Assembly (NCBI GenBank): GCA_016278485.1
Contig: JADQBT010000002.1
Location: 386,570 to 418,569 of the forward strand
Length of the DNA: 32,000 bases
DNA from: Halanaerobiales bacterium
Lineage (GTDB): Bacteria > Bacillota > Halanaerobiia > Halanaerobiales > Halanaerobiaceae
Direction: 5' to 3'
Shown: piece by piece, positions 23,546 through 31,498 of the stretch
How the letters are laid out: each line of letters opens with the position of its first letter
Position numbering within the stretch: position 1 is the first letter of the stretch
The notes under the pieces: generated by a model
Told to the model about the DNA's origin: nothing
The model's database searches: none
What the model saw: only the letters and a program-made list of their open reading frames with translations
Program-made: the position numbers and the translations under genes

Positions 23546-25240
23546 CTAGTAAACAATCTGACGCAGTTCTTCAAAAGTTGTCAGACCGTTAATCATCTTT
23601 TCAATACCATCTTCTTTTAATAATTTCATTCCCTGAGAGCTGGCATAATTCTCAATTTCATTCACACCTACATCTTTAATAATCATATCTTTTATAACAT
23701 TATCCATCACTAATAATTCTTGAATAGCTAGTCTCCCCCGATAACCTGTTTGGTTACAATGAGGACAACCTACTGCACTATATAGTTTATCAACCCTTGG
23801 TTCTATATTCGCTCCCCCAATGCTTTCAAGTAATAAAAGTTCATCTTCGCTCGGATGATGAGGACTTTTACACTTTGGACAAAGCTTTCTGACAAGGCGT
23901 TGGGCCATCAGACCATTTATGGAAGCTGCCACCAGATAATCAGGTATACCCATATCAATCAGTCTGGTAATTGAGCTAACCGCATCATTGGTATGAAGAG
24001 TACTTAGCACAAGATGTCCAGTTAAAGCGGCTCTAACAGCAATTGCAGACGTTTCTTCATCACGAATTTCACCAATCATAACTATATCTGGATCTTGGCG
24101 TAAAATAGAACGTAAAGTTTTTGCAAAAGTCAATCCGGACTTTGGTTTAGCCTGCACCTGGTTGATACCCTTCAATTGATATTCAACCGGGTCTTCAATT
24201 GTAACAATATTTTTACTTTCATTGTTAAGCTCATTTAATGCTGCAAATAGAGTAGTAGATTTACCACTACCAGTTGGTCCAGTTACTAAAAAAATGCCAT
24301 GTGGTCTTTTAATTATATCCTTAAATTTATCAAGGTTATAATTATTAAAACCTAAATTATTGATATCCAATAAACCATGATCCTGGTTTAAAATTCTAAT
24401 TACTACTTTCTCTCCGTGAATCACAGGAAGCGTCGAGACGCGAAAATCATAATTACTACCCTTTATCTTCATTTTTACTCTGCCATCCTGAGGAGTTCGG
24501 CTTTCTGTAATATCTAGATCAGCCATAATCTTAAAGCGAGAGGTAAGTGCAGCCCGGGTATGCCTAGGAGCCGACATTTTTTCTAATAAAACCCCATCAA
24601 TTCTATATCTAATCCTGACTCTATTCTCTTGTGGTTCAACATGAATATCACTTGCCTTAGACTGAACGGCTTGAGTAATAATAGCATTAGCGAATTGAAT
24701 AATAGGAGCTTCTTCCACCATCTGCCGCAATTCACCAATTTCAGATTCATTTTCTGGAATCATATTTTCTAGATCAGCCATAATCTCTGCTGTATCCATA
24801 TCATCTGCAACATAGATTTGATCTAATGCATGTTCAATCTCCTGCGTAGAAGCAATCAAAGGTTCTACTTTCAGCCCAGAACTTCTCTCAATGTCATCAA
24901 TTGTAACTAAATCTGAGGGATCAGCCATAGCTACCTTTAACTTATTATTATCTTTAGCAAGTGCAACAACCATATTCTTTCTGGCAAGTGATTCTGGTAT
25001 AAAACGCGCCATTAATGGTTCAAGTTTATAATTACTTAAATCAGCATGAGGAATACCCATTTGAAACTCCAATACCTGAATTAAATCATTTTCTTTAATA
25101 TAACCTAAATCGACAAGTTGTCGTCCTAATTTTTTATCAGAAATCTTTTGTTGCTTTAATGCTTCATTAAACTGTTCTTGCGAAATATAATTAAAATCAA
25201 TCAGCAACTCGCCCAACTTCTTTATAGTTCGTTTACTCAT
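23546..25240 (-). CDS. pilB: type IV pilus assembly ATPase PilB
   Basis: The N-terminus is a T2SSE_N/MshEN domain. Other motifs are GPTGSGKSTTLFAAL, DPDIVMIGEIRD and STLHTND. The tetracysteine motif is CPKCKS...CPHCNQTGYRGR. The RBS is AGGAGAG. Confidence 0.92.
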   Translation of the reverse strand: MSKRTIKKLGELLIDFNYISQEQFNEALKQQKISDKKLGRQLVDLGYIKENDLIQVLEFQMGIPHADLSNYKLEPLMARFIPESLARKNMVVALAKDNNKLKVAMADPSDLVTIDDIERSSGLKVEPLIASTQEIEHALDQIYVADDMDTAEIMADLENMIPENESEIGELRQMVEEAPIIQFANAIITQAVQSKASDIHVEPQENRVRIRYRIDGVLLEKMSAPRHTRAALTSRFKIMADLDITESRTPQDGRVKMKIKGSNYDFRVSTLPVIHGEKVVIRILNQDHGLLDINNLGFNNYNLDKFKDIIKRPHGIFLVTGPTGSGKSTTLFAALNELNNESKNIVTIEDPVEYQLKGINQVQAKPKSGLTFAKTLRSILRQDPDIVMIGEIRDEETSAIAVRAALTGHLVLSTLHTNDAVSSITRLIDMGIPDYLVAASINGLMAQRLVRKLCPKCKSPHHPSEDELLLLESIGGANIEPRVDKLYSAVGCPHCNQTGYRGRLAIQELLVMDNVIKDMIIKDVGVNEIENYASSQGMKLLKEDGIEKMINGLTTFEELRQIVY

Positions 25241-25310
25241 AAATATACTCTCCTAGAATTACAGGCTTCTTGCTAGTTTTTTCGACAGAAGAAATATTTT
25301 TCCTGCATAA

Positions 25311-26216
25311 TTACTCATTTTTTTCTTTTTCTGCTGCTTCCTTTTCTCTAGCTAACAATTCTTTTTTTGCAAGCTTAAACCAACTATTCCGCCCTGGCAT
25401 CTCTTTCGTCCAGAGTTTAAATGCCATTTCAGCCTGATAAATTAACATTGAAAGCCCATTATTAATAGTTGCTCCTCTTTTTTCAGCCTCTTTTAGAAGA
25501 ACTGTTTTAGTGGGGTTATAGACTAAGTCAATCACAAGTTGATCTGCTTTAATCAAATTAACATCAATTACTGGCTTTGCATCAATGTCTGGAAAAGTAC
25601 CTACAGGTGTTGTGTCAATAATGATCATAGCCTCGGCGAGATATTTTTGTTGCGAATCTTCATCTAGGCCTGCTGCCACAAATTTTATATCTTCATACTT
25701 AGCTTGATAAATATCTGCTAACTTTTCTGCTTTTGCAAAAGAACGATTTAAGATAAAGATAGATTCAATATTTGAATTAGCAAGTGCCACAATAACTGCC
25801 CGTGCTGCTCCACCTGCACCAATCACTGCTGCTTTGTTATCTTTTATTTTAAAACCTGATTCCTCAAGTTGCCTTTGAAAACCTGTCACATCTGTGTTGT
25901 AACCGGTCAATCTTCCATTTCTATTTAAAACAGTATTTACTGCACCTGCATCTTTAGCCAAAGAAGATAAGTGACTTAAGAGTGGCAGGATTTTTTCCTT
26001 ATATGGATTTGTAATATTCCAGCCAGAAAAACCAATACTTATCATACAATCTATCATTTTATCAAAATTTTCTGGGTCTGTTTCTACCGGTAAATATAGG
26101 GCATTAATGCCTAATTTATCATAAGATGTGTTATGTAATAAAGGTGAAATAGAATAACTTAAATTTTCACCAAGTAAAGCAAATACTTCAGTTTCAACAT
26201 TAGGTAAAATTTTCAT
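25311..26216 (-). CDS. aroE: shikimate dehydrogenase
   Basis: Motifs present are SISPLLHN, WNITNPYK, AGAVNTV, GYNTDVTGF and IGAGGAARAV. There is a roughly 25-aa K/E-rich C-terminal extension. Confidence 0.9.
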   Translation of the reverse strand: MKILPNVETEVFALLGENLSYSISPLLHNTSYDKLGINALYLPVETDPENFDKMIDCMISIGFSGWNITNPYKEKILPLLSHLSSLAKDAGAVNTVLNRNGRLTGYNTDVTGFQRQLEESGFKIKDNKAAVIGAGGAARAVIVALANSNIESIFILNRSFAKAEKLADIYQAKYEDIKFVAAGLDEDSQQKYLAEAMIIIDTTPVGTFPDIDAKPVIDVNLIKADQLVIDLVYNPTKTVLLKEAEKRGATINNGLSMLIYQAEMAFKLWTKEMPGRNSWFKLAKKELLAREKEAAEKEKNE

Positions 26217-26229
26217 TTTTCCAACTCCT

Positions 26230-26268
26230 AAAACAAAGAAACACGCCAGAGTAACTGGTCGTGTTCCC
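26230..26268 (-). terminator. intrinsic terminator after the Crp/Fnr-family gene, abutting the aroE RBS
   Basis: The minus strand reads GGAACACGACCAG-TTACT-CTGGCGTGTTTC followed by TTTGTTTT. The stem is about 12 bp with one bulged A. AGGAG and the aroE ATG follow immediately. Confidence 0.55.
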
Positions 26269-26277
26269 TCAATATTT

Positions 26278-26973
26278 TTAAATAAACGTCTGCAATAATT
26301 CTCCTAATTTAGAATTATCAACAACTACAATATGTCTTTTATGTATTTTAATTATTCCTTCATCAATAAATCTATTAATTAACTTTGTAACAGTCACCCG
26401 TGAAGAGCCAATTAAATTGGCGATTTCTTGGTGTGTTAAGACAAGGTCAATCATTTTGCCTCCATTAATATCAACACCAAAATCACTTAATAAACGGTCA
26501 AAAAGACTGGCTAATCTCCCTGCAGCATCTTGAAATACTAATTCACGGACCTGACTAGTTAACAATCTTGTTTTTTTGGATAATGCTTCAATTATTTTTA
26601 TAGCCATTTTAGGATGTTCCATAATAATATTTTCTAAATCTTCCCACGGTATTATTAATATTCTAGCATCTTCAACTACCTCAGCGGTTAGGGGATGAGG
26701 ATCTTCATCAAAAATTGATATTTCTCCAAAAATATCTCCTTGCTGTAAAATAGTTAAAACTTTTTCTTTGCCATCCGCGGAAAGCATTGATAATTTCACT
26801 TTACCAGAGACTAATAAATAAAGTTTTTTCACACTATCATTTTCAAAAAATATTACTTCTTCTGTTTGATAATATTTTGCATATGACCTTGCACAGATCA
26901 ATTGAACTTCTTCCCTGTCCAATTTAGAAAATACTGCTAGATCACTAATACATTGATTACTTCTTGGTTCCAT
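26278..26973 (-). CDS. Crp/Fnr-family transcriptional regulator
   Basis: The N-terminal cNMP-binding-type beta-barrel includes GDIFGEISIF. The C-terminal HTH is THQEIANLIGSSRVTVTKLINRF. Confidence 0.85.
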   Translation of the reverse strand: MEPRSNQCISDLAVFSKLDREEVQLICARSYAKYYQTEEVIFFENDSVKKLYLLVSGKVKLSMLSADGKEKVLTILQQGDIFGEISIFDEDPHPLTAEVVEDARILIIPWEDLENIIMEHPKMAIKIIEALSKKTRLLTSQVRELVFQDAAGRLASLFDRLLSDFGVDINGGKMIDLVLTHQEIANLIGSSRVTVTKLINRFIDEGIIKIHKRHIVVVDNSKLGELLQTFI

Positions 26974-27071
26974 ACAGTCAACCTACCTCTCCTAAGAAAG
27001 ATTTTATTGCCTAATTTATATATAATTCTCTATAAAACCACAAAAACCTTTTTTTGAAGAGCAAGAAATAA

Positions 27072-27503
27072 TTAATTCCTACATTTGTCACAAAGTCCAT
27101 AAAACCTTAATTTATGTTCATCAATCTGAAAATTATATTTAGCTGCTAATTCTTGTTCAAAAATTTCCAAATCTTTATCAGTAAATTCTACTAATTTACC
27201 ACAATTTTTACAAATAAGATGGTGATGATGTTCTTCCTCTTCACTTACTTCATACGTTTTTGATTCGCCACCTAGTTCAAGCGCGTCTATTATATTTAAC
27301 TCCTGAAAAAGTTCCAATGTTCGATAAACAGTAGCCAGTCCAATATCTGGATGATTTTTTTTAACCTCAGAAAAAAGTTCTTCAGCAGTAAAATGCCAGT
27401 TTGCCTGTTCTAGTATGGTTTCAATGATAGCTGCCCTTTGTTTAGTAATCTTATATTTTGCTGATAATAATCTACTTTTATATGATTCTATCTTTTTATG
27501 CAT
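27072..27503 (-). CDS. Fur-family metalloregulator (Fur/PerR/Zur subtype not resolved)
   Basis: IGLATVYRTLELFQELNII forms the winged helix. Metal sites are HHHHLICKNCGKLVEF and GLCDKC (two CxxC pairs). Confidence 0.85.
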   Translation of the reverse strand: MHKKIESYKSRLLSAKYKITKQRAAIIETILEQANWHFTAEELFSEVKKNHPDIGLATVYRTLELFQELNIIDALELGGESKTYEVSEEEEHHHHLICKNCGKLVEFTDKDLEIFEQELAAKYNFQIDEHKLRFYGLCDKCRN

Positions 27504-27535
27504 TATATTACCCCTTTTTACAGATCTTTAAACTA

Positions 27536-27563
27536 TTATAACATAATATCTCCCAGCATCAAA
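27536..27563 (-). promoter_or_regulatory. candidate promoter of the Fur-family gene (extended -10)
   Basis: On the minus strand, TTGATG (27563-27558) is followed by a 16-nt spacer and TGTTATAAT, that is TGn plus TATAAT (27544-27536). It lies about 33 nt upstream of the ATG. Confidence 0.4.
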
Positions 27564-27611
27564 GATTAAACAATTTATCCAAAAATTACTTAAAAAAGTT
27601 AGTTTTGTCTA

Positions 27612-27640
27612 TTGACTCTTTCTGGAATAAATAGTATAAT
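27612..27640 (+). promoter_or_regulatory. near-consensus sigma-A promoter of the abrB-like gene
   Basis: TTGACT (27612-27617) is followed by a 17-nt spacer and TATAAT (27635-27640). The RBS AAAGGAG (27677-27683) lies 7 nt before the ATG at 27691. Confidence 0.6.
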
Positions 27641-27690
27641 AAAACAAATAATCATAATTTGTCGAATTTTGTTAAGAAAGGAGCGAATTC

Positions 27691-27954
27691 ATGAAATCAA
27701 CTGGAATTGTTCGCAAAATTGATGATTTAGGAAGAATGGTTATTCCTATAGAGTTGCGAAAAACTATGAATATCAACAAAAAAGATCCAATGGAAATTTT
27801 TGTTGATGAAGAAAAAATAGTACTTAAAAAATATGAACCTGCTTGTATATTCTGTGGTAATGCTGATGAAACCATTGAATTTAAAGGTAGAACAATCTGC
27901 AATGAATGTATGGATAAAATGCAGCAAGCTCGTATTGATGACGAATCAGCTTAA
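27691..27954 (+). CDS. abrB: AbrB/SpoVT-family transition-state regulator
   Basis: MKSTGIVRKIDDLGRMVIPIELRKTMNI is the swapped-hairpin SpoVT-AbrB domain. The C-terminal part has CIFCG...CNEC cysteine pairs. It is the only plus-strand gene in the window. Confidence 0.85.
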   Translation: MKSTGIVRKIDDLGRMVIPIELRKTMNINKKDPMEIFVDEEKIVLKKYEPACIFCGNADETIEFKGRTICNECMDKMQQARIDDESA

Positions 27955-28003
27955 TTACATTAGTTAGCTATTGAAATAAAAAAATAACATTACTTAATTT
28001 ATA

Positions 28004-28042
28004 ATATCACCCTGACCAAATACGGTTAGGGTGATATTTTTG
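28004..28042. terminator. terminator between the convergent abrB-like and sleB-like genes
   Basis: The sequence reads ATATCACCCTGACC-AAATAC-GGTTAGGGTGATAT followed by TTTTTGTG on the plus strand. The stem is 14 bp with one G-U pair. On the minus strand the stem has one A-C mismatch and a weaker U-tract. Confidence 0.65.
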
Positions 28043-28044
28043 TG

Positions 28045-28737
28045 CTAGCTTAAAAATACATGTCCACCAATTTGGGTTAATACCGGTCTTCTTGAAATCC
28101 AATACTTATTGGTAGCAACCTGTGGATTATAGAAGAAAATTGCACCATAGGTTGGGTCATAGCCCAGTAAAGCTGCCCGAGCAGCCTCAATTTCTTCTGG
28201 CCCAGGATAATAATTAGCTTGTCCATCCATTAAACTACTAAATTGCCCTTTTTGTAAGACAACTTCTCTAATTGTATTAGGGAATTTTCTGCTTTTAATC
28301 CGATTTATAATTACAGCTCCAACTGCAACTTTACCGCGAAAACTTTCTCCCCTAGCCTCACCATGGATAATTCGGGCCAGCATAATTATCTCAGCACGAG
28401 ATACACTCATACCCTCATCCAAATTTCGCTTAGGAAACAATTGATAAGTTAAACCACCTACAACCCCATCAACTGTAGAAGCCTGTCTACTTTTCTGAAA
28501 ACTAATGACAGCATCTTTAGTTCCTGGTCCATATAATCCATCTATTTTACCTTCATAATAACCTAATTCCTGCAGCTTTCGCTGAAGGATAGCAACATCA
28601 GGGCCTTCAACTCCAGGTTTGAGTATTCTGCTTCCAAAATCAAAGGACCCTATAGCAGCATTTCCCTCAATTTGAAAAAAAGAAGCCATTAGCATAAATA
28701 ATAATAATAGTAATACAACCTGTTTTTTTGAGACCAT
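28045..28737 (-). CDS. cell-wall hydrolase, SleB-like spore cortex-lytic enzyme (PG_binding_1 plus Hydrolase_2)
   Basis: There is a signal peptide. The peptidoglycan-binding repeat is GPDVAILQRKLQELGYYEGKIDGLYGPGTKDAVISFQ. The SleB-type catalytic domain includes ARIIHGEARGES, AVGAVIINR and QKGQFS. Confidence 0.8.
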   Translation of the reverse strand: MVSKKQVVLLLLLFMLMASFFQIEGNAAIGSFDFGSRILKPGVEGPDVAILQRKLQELGYYEGKIDGLYGPGTKDAVISFQKSRQASTVDGVVGGLTYQLFPKRNLDEGMSVSRAEIIMLARIIHGEARGESFRGKVAVGAVIINRIKSRKFPNTIREVVLQKGQFSSLMDGQANYYPGPEEIEAARAALLGYDPTYGAIFFYNPQVATNKYWISRRPVLTQIGGHVFLS

Positions 28738-28740
28738 TTG

Positions 28741-29235
28741 TTATCCCTCCTTTAAATCTCTGACAAATACAAAGTTCTCTAATTTGCGTACAAATCTTGT
28801 AAAAACAAACTCCTTATCTGCCATTGGATCAACTAAAATTGTAAAAAATCCTGCCCGATTACCTCCTAAAACATCTGTGAAAATCTGATCACCAACAAAA
28901 ACAATCTGCTCTTTATTAAGAGAAAGTAGTTGACTGGCCTCCTTAAATGCTTTCTTCCCTGGCTTAACACCATGTTGCACAGCCGGGATTTTAAGTTTAT
29001 CACTAAAATAATTTTTTCTTTGCCGTGAAGCATTTGAAAGCAGACAAACTTGAAAACCCATTTCTTCTATAGTAGAAAGCCAGTTAACTATTTCTGCAAG
29101 CATCTCCTTTTCTGACCAGGGAACAATAGTATTATCTATATCAAATACGATTCCCTTAAAACCTGCTTCTTTCAGAGCAGCTAGATCAATATCTAATATT
29201 GTATGATAATAACGATCTGGTTTTAGACTCAACAT
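28741..29235 (-). CDS. yqeG: YqeG-family HAD-IIIA phosphatase
   Basis: HAD motif I is GIVFDIDNTIVPW. Another motif is LLSNAS. Motif IV is GDQIFTDVLGGNRAGFFTILVDP. Confidence 0.8.
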   Translation of the reverse strand: MLSLKPDRYYHTILDIDLAALKEAGFKGIVFDIDNTIVPWSEKEMLAEIVNWLSTIEEMGFQVCLLSNASRQRKNYFSDKLKIPAVQHGVKPGKKAFKEASQLLSLNKEQIVFVGDQIFTDVLGGNRAGFFTILVDPMADKEFVFTRFVRKLENFVFVRDLKEG

Positions 29236-29314
29236 ACTATAATTATCTCCAATAGATAGGTATTTTATACTATTTGTTTAGTAATTATAATGATAACCAA
29301 TACTGATAAGTTTG

Positions 29315-30010
29315 TCAAATGAATATTTTACTTAGATTACTAACCGCTTTTTTCTCGATTCTTGACACATATGAACGTGAAATTCCCAAAATATCAGCTA
29401 CTTCTCGCTGGGTTAATCTTTTACTTGCTTCTAAACCATAGCGATATTTTAAAACTTTTTGTTGTCTTGTTGGTAACTCGTTAATTTTTTTATAAAGTTT
29501 TTCTTGATTTATTTTATCAGAAACCTGTTCGAGCACTGAGTCTCCATCAACCTTTAAAATATCTATTAATGAGATTTGGTTGCCTTCTTTGTCTGATCCA
29601 ATAGTTTCCTGTAATAATACTTCTTGGTTTAGTTTCTTGCTAGCTCGTAGGTGCATTAAAATTTCATTTTCAATACAACGGGCTGCATATGTAGCTAATC
29701 TAGTCTTCTTATCCTGGTTAAATGTATTAATGCCTTTAATAAGACCAATTGTACCGATAGAAATTAGATCCTCCCGATCAGTATATTTAGAATCATATTT
29801 CTTGACAATATGTGCAACCAGACGTAAATTGTGTTCAATTAACTTATCTCTAGCTTTCTTATCTCCATCAGCCATTTTCTCTAAACACTTTTTTTCCTCT
29901 TCCTTAGAAAGAGGCTCAGGAAAAACTTTACCATTCTTGATGTATGAAACAAATAATAATAAACTACGGCAGAGTTCTTCTATTATAAATAACAAAAAGT
30001 CCACCTCCAT
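29315..30010 (-). CDS. sigK: sporulation sigma factor pro-sigma-K (uninterrupted)
   Basis: The sequence closely parallels B. subtilis SigK as I recall it. Matching stretches are VSYIKNGKVFPEPLS (the pro-sequence junction), LIEHNLRLVAHIVKKY, DLISIGTIGLIKG, LATYAARCIENEILMHLRASKK and GISRSYVSRIEKKA. The start is the ATG at 30010, or the in-frame TTG at 29995, which lies 6 nt after GGAGGTG. Confidence 0.85.
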   Translation of the reverse strand: MEVDFLLFIIEELCRSLLLFVSYIKNGKVFPEPLSKEEEKKCLEKMADGDKKARDKLIEHNLRLVAHIVKKYDSKYTDREDLISIGTIGLIKGINTFNQDKKTRLATYAARCIENEILMHLRASKKLNQEVLLQETIGSDKEGNQISLIDILKVDGDSVLEQVSDKINQEKLYKKINELPTRQQKVLKYRYGLEASKRLTQREVADILGISRSYVSRIEKKAVSNLSKIFI

Positions 30011-30047
30011 TATTACTATCTTATGAGGTGAACTTACTTTATGTGCA

Positions 30048-30269
30048 TTATTTATCTAAAAATTCCACTGGGAATTTTTCTCCTAAATCTTGCATAATAG
30101 CAATCACGTCATCACGAGTTCCTTCAGTCACATCAAGCCATATCTCATCTGGGTTATCATGGTCAACTGTTACTATAGCCAGACCTTCATATGATTTGAT
30201 CACCATATCAATAAATACAATTTCTTCCTGGGGTACTTTGACCTTCAATCTAATTGTATCAGCTCTCAT
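30048..30269 (-). CDS. small DUF4911-like protein
   Basis: The protein is 73 aa. The pattern IRLKVKVPQEEIVFIDMVIKSYEGLAIVTVD...IWLDV resembles DUF4911 proteins as I remember them. Its start forms an ATGA overlap with the U32 stop, which suggests translational coupling. Confidence 0.5.
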   Translation of the reverse strand: MRADTIRLKVKVPQEEIVFIDMVIKSYEGLAIVTVDHDNPDEIWLDVTEGTRDDVIAIMQDLGEKFPVEFLDK

Positions 30270-31498
30270 TTAACTTCCTTTTCCCTTCTTAAAATAGTTC
30301 CAGGCTTAACCTCTGTTTGGACTGGTAATTTAATTAATTGTTTAGGATGAGGAGCATTTTCAATTTTTTCACCTGTTTTTTGATCAATAATATAGTTAAT
30401 AGTAACAGAAAATGGTTTTTGGCTAGGTGGTGCAAATTCAATTAAATCATTGACAAAAAATTTATTTCTTACTTCTACTAATGCTTCCTTCTCTGCTTGA
30501 TCGTAACTTTTGACAACACCCATAAAATCATAGCTCCGCAGATAAGAAGCACTCTCATACCGCTGGCCTGCTGGTCCAGGTTTACCTGTAAAAAATCCAG
30601 TTGTATAACTACGATGACTAACTTTTTCCAACTCTTCTAACCAGGCTGGATCAAAATGATAGCTAGCTGGATCTGCCAGATAAGCATCAATTGCCTGCCG
30701 ATATACATTTATAATTGTGGCAACATAGTGAACGCTTTTCATCCTACCCTCAATCTTGAGGCTATTAACACCAGTGCCAATAACTTCCGGTAAGAATTCA
30801 ATTAGACAAAGATCTCGAGAATTCATAATAAATGTGCCCTGTTCATTCTCAGTGATTGGATAATAGTCATCAGGTCTTTTTTCTTCAACTAGATGATATT
30901 TCCAACGACAGGAATGGGCACAATCCCCCCGATTTGCATCTCTACCAATCAGATAATTACTTAATAGACATCTACCTGAATAAGAAATACACATTGCCCC
31001 ATGGACAAACATTTCCAACTCCGTATCTGTCTTAGCTTCTATGTCTTCTATTTCAGTCTGACTTAATTCTCGGGCCAGAATCACCCTTTCTGCCCCCATC
31101 TCCTGCCAAAAATTTACACTAGCCCAATTAAGATTATTAGCCTGAGTACTGATATGAATATGCATTTTTGGCAGATACTTTTTGACAAGTGTAAAAACAC
31201 CCGGATCAGCAACAATAACGGCATCCAGGGCCAGATCTTTTAGTTCCTGCAAATATTCAGGCAAATGAGCCAAATCATCATTATGGGGAATCATATTCAA
31301 TGTAAGATAAACTTTACTGCCATGCTGATGGGCATAACTAATGCCCGCCTGCAAGTCTTCTAGAGTAAAATTATCCGCTCCCGCCCTCAGGCCAAAATTA
31401 TAACCACCACAATAAACCGCATCAGCTCCATAAAGCACAGCCGTCTTTAATTTTTCTAAATTACCAGCCGGAGCCAGTAATTCAATATCACGTTTCAT
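30266..31498 (-). CDS. peptidase U32 family protein (TrhP/YrrO-like, tRNA hydroxylation-associated)
   Basis: ELLAPAGNLEKLKTAVLYGADAVYCGG is present. EMFVHGAMCISYSGRCLLS fits the U32 signature E-x-F-x2-G-[SA]-[LIVM]-C-x4-G-x-C-x-[LIVM]-S. The preferred start is the ATG at 31498 (MKRDIELL), 7 nt after GGAGG. The ORF-track start is 31516. Confidence 0.85.
   Translation of the reverse strand: MKRDIELLAPAGNLEKLKTAVLYGADAVYCGGYNFGLRAGADNFTLEDLQAGISYAHQHGSKVYLTLNMIPHNDDLAHLPEYLQELKDLALDAVIVADPGVFTLVKKYLPKMHIHISTQANNLNWASVNFWQEMGAERVILARELSQTEIEDIEAKTDTELEMFVHGAMCISYSGRCLLSNYLIGRDANRGDCAHSCRWKYHLVEEKRPDDYYPITENEQGTFIMNSRDLCLIEFLPEVIGTGVNSLKIEGRMKSVHYVATIINVYRQAIDAYLADPASYHFDPAWLEELEKVSHRSYTTGFFTGKPGPAGQRYESASYLRSYDFMGVVKSYDQAEKEALVEVRNKFFVNDLIEFAPPSQKPFSVTINYIIDQKTGEKIENAPHPKQLIKLPVQTEVKPGTILRREKEVK

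Noticed and set aside
25241-25310. There could be a promoter for cluster A in the aroE-pilB gap, with TCGAAA as -35 and TAATTC as -10.
   Set aside because: Both hexamers match poorly and there are several equally weak alternatives, so I did not report it as a feature.
27535-27549. There are Fur/PerR-box-like inverted repeats. One is a perfect 6-3-6 repeat, TATTAT-AAC-ATAATA (27535-27549), overlapping the -10 of the Fur-family gene. The other is a 7-1-7-like AAATAAT-C-ATAATTT (27646-27660) downstream of the abrB promoter.
   Set aside because: Both consist only of A/T in a very AT-rich intergenic region, and they match published Fur/PerR consensus half-sites only partially. I cannot distinguish them from chance without a genome-wide motif model. 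An autoregulatory operator remains possible.
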